Shown here: positions 10,165 to 19,144 of the stretch, one piece after another | How positions within the stretch are numbered: the stretch's first letter is position 1 | Layout of the letters: each line of letters starts with the position of its first letter | Assembly: GCA_965237675.1 (NCBI GenBank) | Contig: OZ250150.1 | Location: forward strand, 480,001-544,000 | DNA: 64,000 bases | Source: Candidatus Latescibacterota bacterium | GTDB lineage: Bacteria > Latescibacterota > UBA2968 > GCA-2709665 | Reading direction: 5' to 3' | The notes under the pieces: generated by a model | The model's input: only the letters and a program-made list of their open reading frames with translations | What the model was told of the DNA's origin: nothing | Database searches by the model: none | Translations under genes and position numbers: made by a program

Positions 10165-10581
10165 ATGGAAGTCAGTGAGGTCGTCCCCTTTTTCGCGGTG
10201 AAAGACATGGAGAAATCATTGGCGTTCTACGTCGACGGGCTGGGCTTCAAGATGGAGGGCAAGTGGGTAGACGAAGGCGTTATCAGGTGGTGCATGTTGC
10301 GCATCGGTAATGCCGCGGTGATGCTCCAGGAATTCAGGACCGAAGGCCATGATTCACGGCAATTCAGCGAGAAAAAAGGGGAACGTGTCTCGCTGTTCTT
10401 TTTTTGCGACGACGCCGTCGGATACTATAGGGACATCAAGTCTCGTGACGTTGACGCCTCTGAACCGCAAGTCGGCAACAGAATGTGGGTCACGTCCGTT
10501 TCGGACCCCGACGGGTACCATTTATCCTTTGAAAGCCCCACCGACGTTCCGGAAGAGACGAAATTATCGGAAGTAGAATGA
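10165..10581 (+). CDS. VOC/bleomycin-resistance family protein
   Basis: VKDMEKSLAFYVDGLGF...DPDGYHLSF; GAGGAG RBS. Confidence 0.85.
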   Translation: MEVSEVVPFFAVKDMEKSLAFYVDGLGFKMEGKWVDEGVIRWCMLRIGNAAVMLQEFRTEGHDSRQFSEKKGERVSLFFFCDDAVGYYRDIKSRDVDASEPQVGNRMWVTSVSDPDGYHLSFESPTDVPEETKLSEVE

Positions 10582-10658
10582 GATGAATTTGCAATGGTCA
10601 GGAGCAGAGGTGTCGTCGTGAATCCTTGTCGGACCAGGTCTGAATTGGGAGGTGTCGG

Positions 10659-11897
10659 ATGACGGATGCGGAACTGGAAGCAAAGGCCAACCGGATCCAG
10701 GCCGTGGTGGAGGGCAACGTGCTGCAGGCGCACGGGATGGTGCCCATGCTTGTGCGCGCCGGCGATTACCAGTTGCCGACAGAGGAGGATTACCGCGGCG
10801 CCTATCGCCACCGGCATCTCCTGGGCAAGACGGAAGCGGAGATCGGGATGGCGCCGATGCACGTCTGGCGGGCCTGGGAGAATACGCCTACCGACACCGC
10901 GTGGTATCTCGGAGCGATGAGCTACCGGTATCGGTGCACCGGGGGTTCCGACGTCCTTGAGATCTGCCGGCGGACCTTCGGGGCGCTCAAGTACATTCAC
11001 TCACTCGGGGTTGAAAACGGCGAGCGGGGTTACATGTGCAAACCCTATGGCGGCGTGTACAGCAACCAGTCTTCGGGCGACCAGGTACAGTGCATTCTGG
11101 TCGGGCTCGCCGCCTACCGCCCTATTGCGCCGCCTGAAGACCTCCCCCGTATAGACGAAATCATTGTGGACATGGCTGATTTCGACATCAAATGGGAGTA
11201 CGTCTCCCCTCACGGTTATTTCGGCTATACCTATGAATCGCTGGTGAAATCCATTCTGGGTGAGAACTGGATCAATGCCGGCTGGTCCTACGCCATCATA
11301 CATACGCCCCTGCTCTACCTGGCCTGGCAGGCCACGGGCGATCCGAAATACCTCCGGGAAATCGAGCGATGGTACGAGGCCTGCGATACGGGCGTCAGGT
11401 TCGAACGCCCCACGGGAAAGCTGACCGGCGGCATCGGCTGGCGCGCGCTTTACCTGCCGGCGCTATTGATGTGTTTCGACCCGGCGAACCACGAATTGTG
11501 GCGAAGCCTGATGCTACAGACATACGACGTGCTTCGAACCGGCGTGCTGGACAACGGGACATCACCCTACCGGTGGACCTATGATATGGAAAGTGGCGAG
11601 CGCGATATCCCGCCCGCCACGTTGTGGGGGGCGGGCCCCGCCACGACAGGCAGGTCGGGCATCTTCGCAAGGGCATGCGTCGCCGCACAGCCGTGGTTTC
11701 ACGAGGAGGATATGGCGTCCACCGCACGGCACATTCTGGAAAACCTGGATCTCGATACGTTTCGGTTTATCCTGCCGTTGGAGAAAGACCAGCCGGTACC
11801 GCCGGAGTGGAAAGTCGAGACCCGGCTGCTGGACATGGATAGCCTGACGGGATGGCTGTGGGGATACTGGGAGGGCCGGTGGTACGGGTACTGGTAG
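10659..11897 (+). CDS. Hypothetical protein, possibly (alpha/alpha) barrel glycosidase-like
   Basis: 412-aa ORF with GGAGG RBS and LAW.ATGDPKY-type helical hairpin motif; function not assignable. Confidence 0.5.
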   Translation: MTDAELEAKANRIQAVVEGNVLQAHGMVPMLVRAGDYQLPTEEDYRGAYRHRHLLGKTEAEIGMAPMHVWRAWENTPTDTAWYLGAMSYRYRCTGGSDVLEICRRTFGALKYIHSLGVENGERGYMCKPYGGVYSNQSSGDQVQCILVGLAAYRPIAPPEDLPRIDEIIVDMADFDIKWEYVSPHGYFGYTYESLVKSILGENWINAGWSYAIIHTPLLYLAWQATGDPKYLREIERWYEACDTGVRFERPTGKLTGGIGWRALYLPALLMCFDPANHELWRSLMLQTYDVLRTGVLDNGTSPYRWTYDMESGERDIPPATLWGAGPATTGRSGIFARACVAAQPWFHEEDMASTARHILENLDLDTFRFILPLEKDQPVPPEWKVETRLLDMDSLTGWLWGYWEGRWYGYW

Positions 11898-12024
11898 GCG
11901 CATGGACGGGCAACCTGGAATCTGAACGGTCTCGAAGCCGGCCATCCTCCTGCGCAAGGATGAGAGAGATCCAACCAGGCGGTTTGCGGGAATCACATCA
12001 TCAGGACACACACGGGAGGATCGG

Positions 12025-14121
12025 ATGAAACATCGGAAGATACAGCGGATCGCCTTCCTTCAGGACTATCGGAACCGGCCGGAATCCCTTGCGGACGAGA
12101 TTCCGGAGGTGGCCGGCCTGGGTTACCACGAGGTGACGGTATCGGCCCGGATCGGGCACGAAGAGGCCGTAAAGGTAGTGGCCCGGAAGGCAGAGGAATA
12201 CGGTCTCGAGGTGTCGACGTTTACCGGATTTATGAAATATGCCTATGAGCACCTGGCCGAGCATCCCGAACAGAAGACCGTATTCAGCAAAGATGCGGAC
12301 CACGAGGAACTGGGAAACCTGCCGGCCGTGTGGGGCTGCCCATATAACGAGGTGTTTCAGAAGCGGTACCTCGATTTTCTGGAAAACCTGGGTGGGATTC
12401 CGAATCTCACGGAAGTCTGGGTGAACGACGAAGCGTATTTCGGCAGGGACGTGGACCTTCTGGCGTGTTACTGCCGGACCTGCCAGGCGGACTGGGAAAG
12501 AGAATACGGCGGGCGGATCCCCATGCCGCCTTTCAAGGATCTGGACGAGAAAGCGCGGCTGGTCACCTGGCGATTCCGCCGGTGGAACGACGTGCACGGA
12601 AGAATGAAAACAGCGCTGAACCATGATCACCGGGTCCGGGCGGTATTTCAGAGCGGCCCGCAACCCTTCTGGGACATCAATCCATGGGTGTGCGGCATGG
12701 ACATCGACGGCATGGTCGAGGCCATAGACGGCCTGGCCGTGGATGCCTACTACACGTGCGTGCTGCCGGCGGTGGGCAGCGGGTTGTTCACGCCGCCCGA
12801 GATATTTCTGAGCGAGTGCTGTCGTTTCATCCAGGGGATGACGCTGGGAGAGGACAAGGTGAGCGTGATGCTGGCGCAGGGCATGTCTCATCCCGAATTC
12901 CACCGGCCGCTGGACGAACGTGACGGATGGTGGCAGGCCGTGGTTCCGCCCGCCCTCGGCGTGGATCGCGTGACGACGTATACGTACCGGCTCCAGCGGG
13001 TGTCGCCGATGCACCGGACCTTCCAGGACGCGTTTCGTCTGGACCCCTACTTCGAACGCACCGAACCCGTGGTCTCCGTTGCGGTGGTGGACAGCCTGGA
13101 GACCCAGTGTTACGACGAGTCGTTACCCGCCAGGGGCCGCGAGAACTGGCGCATGAGCCGGATGTTCTCCATGGGCCAGATGGCCTCGCATAACGGTCTC
13201 TCACACGGATATCTGCCTTCATCAAAGCTGACTCCGGAACATCTGGAAGGGTATCCGGTGGTGGTGCTGCCCAATGTCTCCTGCCTGTCCTCCAGCCAGC
13301 GAGACGCGCTCCTGGCGTACGTGCGGGGTGGCGGCACGCTGGTGGCGGCGGGAGAGACGGCCACCAGGAACGAGATGGGACGCCCTTCGAACGGGTCGTT
13401 TCTCAAGGAGGCATTCGGGATTACGTCGTGTACACCCCACGAGGGTTCCCGCATCTTCGAGGCCACCAGCGACCACGAGGCGTTCGAGAACCTGCCGTGG
13501 CCCGACGAGAGGACGGCCTGGGACCCCTGGAAGGGCAATAACCGCCCTGTCCTCGGGCTCGACCTGGCGGTCGAAGCGGAGGCGGACGGCACGGCCGATG
13601 TGCTGGCGGTCTTCGAGGAAGCAGGGCCCCTGGGACCACGTCCGGCGATCACACTGAAGCGACTTGGGGCCGGCTGGGGCGTGTTCGTGGCGGGCATCCC
13701 GTCCCGGTGGCTGGATCTGAGACCGGCGGGCACCAATGTGCTCAGTTTTTCCCGCCAGGTGGTGGCGCAACTGATCCTGTCGCTTGTGGGAGACAGGCTG
13801 CCCGTAGTGGTGAATGGCTTTCCGCCGAGGGTGCCTTTGCAGGAGGTCAGGCCGCTGGATATCCGCTGGAAGCCGACCGTGGAGATCATGCCCTCCGTGG
13901 GCGAGGACCTGATCCTGGTGACGGTGCCTTCCTATTTCAGAGAGCCCGGCGCGTTCCGGATCGAAGCCAGGCTGCCGGAGGGCAGGCGATGCGGCGAGGT
14001 GCGGGAACTGGTGTCGGATCAGCCCGTTACCGAGACCAGACAGAATGAGGGTACCGTGGAGATCGATGTCAACCTGACCACCGAGGATTTCTTGAAAGTG
14101 TATGCCTTCTCTCTGATTTAG
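12025..14121 (+). CDS. GH42-like TIM-barrel glycoside hydrolase with GATase-like (beta-galactosidase trimerisation) domain
   Basis: WGCPYN, VWVNDE, CYCxxC and VVVLPNVSCLS...YVRGGGTLV motifs. Confidence 0.65.
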   Translation: MKHRKIQRIAFLQDYRNRPESLADEIPEVAGLGYHEVTVSARIGHEEAVKVVARKAEEYGLEVSTFTGFMKYAYEHLAEHPEQKTVFSKDADHEELGNLPAVWGCPYNEVFQKRYLDFLENLGGIPNLTEVWVNDEAYFGRDVDLLACYCRTCQADWEREYGGRIPMPPFKDLDEKARLVTWRFRRWNDVHGRMKTALNHDHRVRAVFQSGPQPFWDINPWVCGMDIDGMVEAIDGLAVDAYYTCVLPAVGSGLFTPPEIFLSECCRFIQGMTLGEDKVSVMLAQGMSHPEFHRPLDERDGWWQAVVPPALGVDRVTTYTYRLQRVSPMHRTFQDAFRLDPYFERTEPVVSVAVVDSLETQCYDESLPARGRENWRMSRMFSMGQMASHNGLSHGYLPSSKLTPEHLEGYPVVVLPNVSCLSSSQRDALLAYVRGGGTLVAAGETATRNEMGRPSNGSFLKEAFGITSCTPHEGSRIFEATSDHEAFENLPWPDERTAWDPWKGNNRPVLGLDLAVEAEADGTADVLAVFEEAGPLGPRPAITLKRLGAGWGVFVAGIPSRWLDLRPAGTNVLSFSRQVVAQLILSLVGDRLPVVVNGFPPRVPLQEVRPLDIRWKPTVEIMPSVGEDLILVTVPSYFREPGAFRIEARLPEGRRCGEVRELVSDQPVTETRQNEGTVEIDVNLTTEDFLKVYAFSLI

Positions 14122-14169
14122 ACGTAACCGGCCGTGCCTACGCCTTTCTGTCCAATTACTCGTCCACTA

Positions 14170-14604
14170 TCACGAACGTGGGTACCGCGACCGGATGCAG
14201 GCGTCCACGCCGTATTTTCCCGAGCCAACCAGAAGAAACATCACTGCGATGGCCAGGTACAGAAGCGCCATCTCCTTTATGCCGAACGGGTCGGCCGCAT
14301 GTACGCCAAATGCGGCGACCATCATCGTAAATCCCATAAAGAACGTGCCTGGCCGCGTCAGTAGTCCCAACGCCAGCAACAGCCCACCGCCGAATTCCCC
14401 GAATGCGGCCGCCCAGGCGAAAAACTCGGGTAAGGGAAATCCCAGTTTTGCCGTACCGGCCACGAGCCCGGCGGAAGGCGGGATCTTTCCGATGCCGTGC
14501 CCAAATGCTATACTCAGCCCGGAAATTACCCTCAGGATCGCCAATCCCAGATTTGCCTTATCGGAATCGATATCCGCACCGCCGAATAACAGTTCCCTGT
14601 ACAT
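14170..14604 (-). CDS. DoxX family membrane protein
   Basis: LR...G....HG..K, E..GG.LL.LGL.TR and G.GKY..D motifs; GGAGAAG RBS before ATG 14604. Confidence 0.9.
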   Translation of the reverse strand: MYRELLFGGADIDSDKANLGLAILRVISGLSIAFGHGIGKIPPSAGLVAGTAKLGFPLPEFFAWAAAFGEFGGGLLLALGLLTRPGTFFMGFTMMVAAFGVHAADPFGIKEMALLYLAIAVMFLLVGSGKYGVDACIRSRYPRS

Positions 14605-14732
14605 ACGTCTTCTCCCTGTTGTGGAATGGATCAATACGTGAACGTACCAGTTCCTTACAATGATCTATAGATCTGAGCCACAGCGACAATCACGTCTCAA
14701 ATGCCGGGCCGTACGGACTTTAGAGTCGCTTC

Positions 14733-15485
14733 CTACTCGACGAGTGGAACAAAGTCCTTACTCGTCATCGGTTTGTGCTTTTTCCAACGAGCCTTCATCT
14801 CGATCAGAACGCGCTGTTTCGATGGCGCAGGTAACGGATTCACGCGAACCACCTTGGCACGATAGTCTCCGGGCGACTCAGCCATCGCCTTGAACAAATC
14901 GTTCACTAGGTAACGTGGCGTCCATCCGATCATATAGTAGTCATCAGCGGTCTGGATTTGCACAGCCAGACCGGTCTTCGGATTGGTCAACTCAAGCGTA
15001 ACGTAAAGCTGGTCGCCGGCTTCAAGGCGCTCGATCCGCTTCTGCGCGGATTCATTGACGTGCCGCCAGCCATGGAGAAAGAACCGGCAGACAAAACTCC
15101 CATCTTCGTCTTTTTCGAGTTTTGGAAAAACCTCGTACGCATCTGTCACCCGGGAACCGCCGCTTGCCGACAGAATCTCAATGGGATCGGCGCCCACATG
15201 CAGGTCGAGATAACTGAGATAATCGGCAAAGTCCGGTCTCGCCCGGTTGATCACCCGATTCTGGAAGAGCGGAAAGAGTCTCGGCGAATCGTATCTTTCT
15301 TCCAATCTGGGAAACTCGATTAGTGGCGGAAATCCTGCCTCAACCTTAGCGCGTTTCGCCCCTTCAATGTATCGGAATTGATAGAGCGGGCGTTCGATAT
15401 CGGCATCCAACCGGCCCACCGGGAACCACTGCCTGCTCGGTTCTTTTTTGTGCTGCCACGCTAGATATAAAGTTCTAACACTCAC
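14733..15485 (-). CDS. HipA N-terminal-like plus HIRAN domain protein
   Basis: WFPVGRL...Y.F.Y..G and LFP.FQNRV..R (HipS/couple_hipA-like); C-terminal FFLHG.RH, E..NP....AV and IGW.PR (HIRAN). Confidence 0.75.
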   Translation of the reverse strand: MSVRTLYLAWQHKKEPSRQWFPVGRLDADIERPLYQFRYIEGAKRAKVEAGFPPLIEFPRLEERYDSPRLFPLFQNRVINRARPDFADYLSYLDLHVGADPIEILSASGGSRVTDAYEVFPKLEKDEDGSFVCRFFLHGWRHVNESAQKRIERLEAGDQLYVTLELTNPKTGLAVQIQTADDYYMIGWTPRYLVNDLFKAMAESPGDYRAKVVRVNPLPAPSKQRVLIEMKARWKKHKPMTSKDFVPLVE

Positions 15486-16384
15486 TGAACAAGCCCTCCT
15501 AACTGCTCAATACTATAGCGCATCTGCGCGATGGCGAACTTTCTCGCCGAAGGTGACATCCAACTGCAGGGCACGCGGTCCACAAGTTCAATCAAGGATC
15601 CTTGGTCCAGGCTTTTGAGATTCTCTATTGCAGGAAGGAAGAAATCCGGATAGCTGCGAGTTGAACGTCGAGCGAGTTCGAGTGGGCTAGGGCCGTGCTG
15701 ATCTTCCTCCGACCAGAAAATCGCCCCGTGCCCTCTTTCGACATAGTCGCCTACCCTATTCTCATCCAATAGCCTGTTGCGGCGCTCGTCTCGGAGCTCT
15801 CGGCCCAACGAGGACGCATGATCGAAAGACGGTGCCAACAACCACTCCAAGTCCGCGCCGGCAAGATCAAACAGAATTCCCCAGTTCTCGTGATGACGAT
15901 CAGTATTGCCAATCAGTGCGTCCAGAACAAGGTACTCTGCGATGCAGAGTTTCCCTTGCATCTTTGCTTCGGATTCTACGAAAACCTCGTCCATTACTTG
16001 CCAGATATTCTTCAGCGTATGACTCGACTGATCGTATTTCCTTCCGGCTACGTAACCGCGAACAAACCATTCCAACATTTGGTTGCCGTGGACCAGCTCC
16101 TGTTCATCATGCACGAACGACTCCGTTACAGATCCTCGCACACCTTCAAAAATCGCCAATTCTACCGTCGCGTGTCGAATGTCCAGCAGCTCGGCGATCT
16201 CAGCAGCGATCTTCTCGGCCCATTGCTCCCCAGTATCCTCTCAAGGGTATTTGAAGAGCCACACGCTTTCATTTTTCCCGGGACGACGATACCAGAACTT
16301 CCTCTTGCTTCCCATTTCCTCCGGATCGAGGATCCATTCTTGTTTTACTTCATTTTCTTCGAAGTAAGCCGAGGATTTACTCAT
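15482..16384 (-). pseudogene. HipA-like Ser/Thr kinase with in-frame TGA at codon 48
   Basis: Frame from ATG 16384 reads MGSKRKFW...LFKYP*EDTGEQWAEKIA, with TGA at 16243-16241. Downstream part carries DALIGNTDRHHENW and LAPSFDHASSLG kinase motifs. Confidence 0.8.
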
Positions 16385-17070
16385 CTGACAATTGGATCAG
16401 GCTACCCATTCAAGCACCCTGCGGCGGCGCGGATTATTGAATTGCGGCACGACGAAGCCGATTTACAATTTTCTTGACGCCCGTGACTCTATATCGGTTG
16501 CAGCGAATCTTTAATGGCTGAGCGAATGGTTGAAGTCGAGATCGCGAATTCTTCCAGGGGCACTGATACGTTTGAGGCCATGTTTGAGCGTTCATTTGAC
16601 GGTTAACTCTCGTAGATTTGCTTGCCCCTCCGGGTGCTCGGATTGGTTTCCAAAGGGTTTGCTACGCCAGGCACGATCTTTCTCAATCTAGCAGGCGAAT
16701 CGGTCACGCACAACCCTCTTGACCGAAAAAAAATCCGCCTCGGCTTGCGTTGTCAATCGTGTTGCTCTTTGGAGTCCATAAGATTACCTTACGCCTAATA
16801 AAAACTCTTTCCATGCAGCCCGTAATCGGCCCATTCAATCTCGTTTGAAACCCCACTCGACCCTGCGACCATAATACCAAAAGCCAGCACCGCGAACGAT
16901 ACGACTCGGAGCTGCGCAGCATAGGAGGATCCCGCCTATTTTTCAACGCCGCCAGCGTTCCAAGTATAGTACATAACGCACTGAAAAGCAAGATTCGTCC
17001 AATCCCATGCTCTTGTTTGGCACGGGCGGCAACTATTGGGCTATCGTCTGAAATGAAAGGAGAAAAGCGC

Positions 17071-18231
17071 ATGAAGATAACGGACGTGAAGGTCCTGCCG
17101 ATCGATCGGTATCTCTTTGTCCAGGTTCTTACGGATGAGGGATTTGTGGGGCTGGGTGAATCGGGCGCGTGGGGATACCTGGAGGCGTCGGGAGAGGTGG
17201 TCAAGAGCTTCAGGGAATACCTCATTGGCAAGGACCCCCTGCGAATCGAACACCACTGGCAGGTACTGTATCGGTGCACGCATTTTCGCGGCGCGGCGAT
17301 TATGGGAGCCCTGAGTGCGATTGATATCGCCCTCTGGGATATCGCGGGCAAATTTTTCGGCGTGCCCGTCTACCAGCTTCTGGGTGGCAAATGCCGGGAC
17401 AAGGCCCGTGTCTACGGGCACGTGATCGGCCGTACCAAAGAGGAGCTTCTGAGAGGCTGCGTGCAGGCCAAGGCGGAGGGGTATACGGCCGTGGGACACC
17501 TGACGCCCTTTCTGGATGAGTCGCGAAACGTGCCCTATTACAAGACCCACGCGGACAAGATTCAGGATGCGATTCAGACGGTGGCGGCGTACCGGGAGGC
17601 GGTCGGCGACGACGTGGACCTGTGTATTGAAATCCACCGGCGACTGGACCCGGCCGAAGCCATCGTGCTTGGCAGGGCTATTGAACCCTATCGCCCGTTT
17701 TTCTACGAGGATCCCATCCGGCCTGACAATATCGACGCCATGGCCGAGGTGGCGCAGAAGATCGCGGTTCCGATTGCGACCGGGGAACGCATCCACACGA
17801 TCTACGAATTCGAAATGCTCCTGACGCGCAACGCGGTCCAGTACGTGAGGCCGGACGTCTGCATGGCCGGCGGCATCACCCACTGCAAGAAGATCGCGGC
17901 CCTCGCCGAAGCGCACTACGTGGACGTGGTGCCGCACAATCCGCTCAGCCCGGTGAGTACGGCCGCGTGCGTACAACTTGCGGCGTGCATACCCAATTTC
18001 GCATTGCAGGAGTACCCGAGGGGTGAAGGCGAACCGCCGAAAAGCGAAATCGTATCGGGCACGCTCACGCTGGAAGACGGATTCCTGATCATTCCCGATG
18101 CTCCGGGTATCGGCGTGGAACTCGTGGAAGGCGCCATGGAAAAATACCCGTTCCTCTCGCACCGGCCGCTGCTGGATGAGGGAATGATGGTTACCAGGCT
18201 CCACGTGGACGGATCGGTGGTGGATCAGTAG
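17071..18231 (+). CDS. Mandelate racemase/enolase superfamily, galactonate dehydratase-like
   Basis: GLGE, SAIDIALWDI.GK..GVPVYQLLGG, EDP, PIATGER and PHNP motifs; AAAGGAG RBS. Confidence 0.85.
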   Translation: MKITDVKVLPIDRYLFVQVLTDEGFVGLGESGAWGYLEASGEVVKSFREYLIGKDPLRIEHHWQVLYRCTHFRGAAIMGALSAIDIALWDIAGKFFGVPVYQLLGGKCRDKARVYGHVIGRTKEELLRGCVQAKAEGYTAVGHLTPFLDESRNVPYYKTHADKIQDAIQTVAAYREAVGDDVDLCIEIHRRLDPAEAIVLGRAIEPYRPFFYEDPIRPDNIDAMAEVAQKIAVPIATGERIHTIYEFEMLLTRNAVQYVRPDVCMAGGITHCKKIAALAEAHYVDVVPHNPLSPVSTAACVQLAACIPNFALQEYPRGEGEPPKSEIVSGTLTLEDGFLIIPDAPGIGVELVEGAMEKYPFLSHRPLLDEGMMVTRLHVDGSVVDQ

Positions 18232-18310
18232 GAAACAAAACACCGGCCAATCCACAAACTGTAGATTTCCGCACCAGACGCCTGATATTCTAATCACGGG
18301 AGGGCTCGGT

Positions 18311-19105
18311 ATGTCTACCCATATCAGCGACGATCAGTGGGCGAAATTTGAGAATGAAGGGTACGTACGATTTGGAAAGGTGATGGACGACGACGAACTC
18401 ACGGGCCTGCAGCAGCGAATCGACGACATCATGCTCGGCAACGTCAAGGTCCACGATCAGATGTTCATGCAGCTGGACAGCGAGACGGGCGACTACTCGG
18501 AGAAACGGATCACAACGAGAGGGCACCAGGTATCGACGTTGAACTATCGAAAGATCCAGGACCTCGAGTTCGACCCTTTGTTCCTGTCCTACATGCAGAA
18601 ACCCGTTTTCCGCGAGATCTGCGCGAGGGCCTACGGTCCGGAGACGCCGATATCCTGCTACCGGGCCATGTTTATGAACAAGCCGGCGGGGAAGGGTACA
18701 AACCTTCCCTGGCACCAGGACCGGTTTAGCATTCTCGACACGGATCCGATCGTAACCGTGTGGACGGCGCTGGATCGGGTGTCGGTTGAAAACGGCTGCG
18801 TCGGGATCGTGCCCGGATCCCACAGAGGCACCTTCGACCAGGACGATTCGGCCGGCTTCGCCTTTCTGACCGACGAGCAGGCCACCGCCGTCCTGGCCGG
18901 AGAAGAGCATGAATACCTGGAAATGGAGGCGGGGGAAGCGACCCTGTTGCACAACTGGCTGCTCCACGGATCGGGCGTGAACAAGACCAACTCCTCCCGA
19001 CGTGGGTTCAGCGTATGTTACATGGACGCCGCCACAAGATCCGACATGGGGAACGCGTATTCCATCATTTTCGGAGAGGGCGCCATGAGTCCAGCGAGTT
19101 CATAA
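18311..19105 (+). CDS. PhyH family Fe(II)/2-oxoglutarate dioxygenase
   Basis: PWHQD, W.ALD...ENGC...PGSH and LLHGS..N...R motifs. Confidence 0.9.
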   Translation: MSTHISDDQWAKFENEGYVRFGKVMDDDELTGLQQRIDDIMLGNVKVHDQMFMQLDSETGDYSEKRITTRGHQVSTLNYRKIQDLEFDPLFLSYMQKPVFREICARAYGPETPISCYRAMFMNKPAGKGTNLPWHQDRFSILDTDPIVTVWTALDRVSVENGCVGIVPGSHRGTFDQDDSAGFAFLTDEQATAVLAGEEHEYLEMEAGEATLLHNWLLHGSGVNKTNSSRRGFSVCYMDAATRSDMGNAYSIIFGEGAMSPASS

Positions 19106-19144
19106 ATCGTAACGCCGATTCTTCTTCCGTAGAGGATTTCACCA

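Noticed and set aside
16241-16243. TGA as selenocysteine or alternative genetic code
   Set aside because: Many genes here end in TGA, the position is not a Cys-type site, and no SECIS-like hairpin is evident.
16400-17060. Long intergenic region with a 30-aa ORF near 16513 and possible ncRNA
   Set aside because: No RBS, motif or recognisable structure to support a call.
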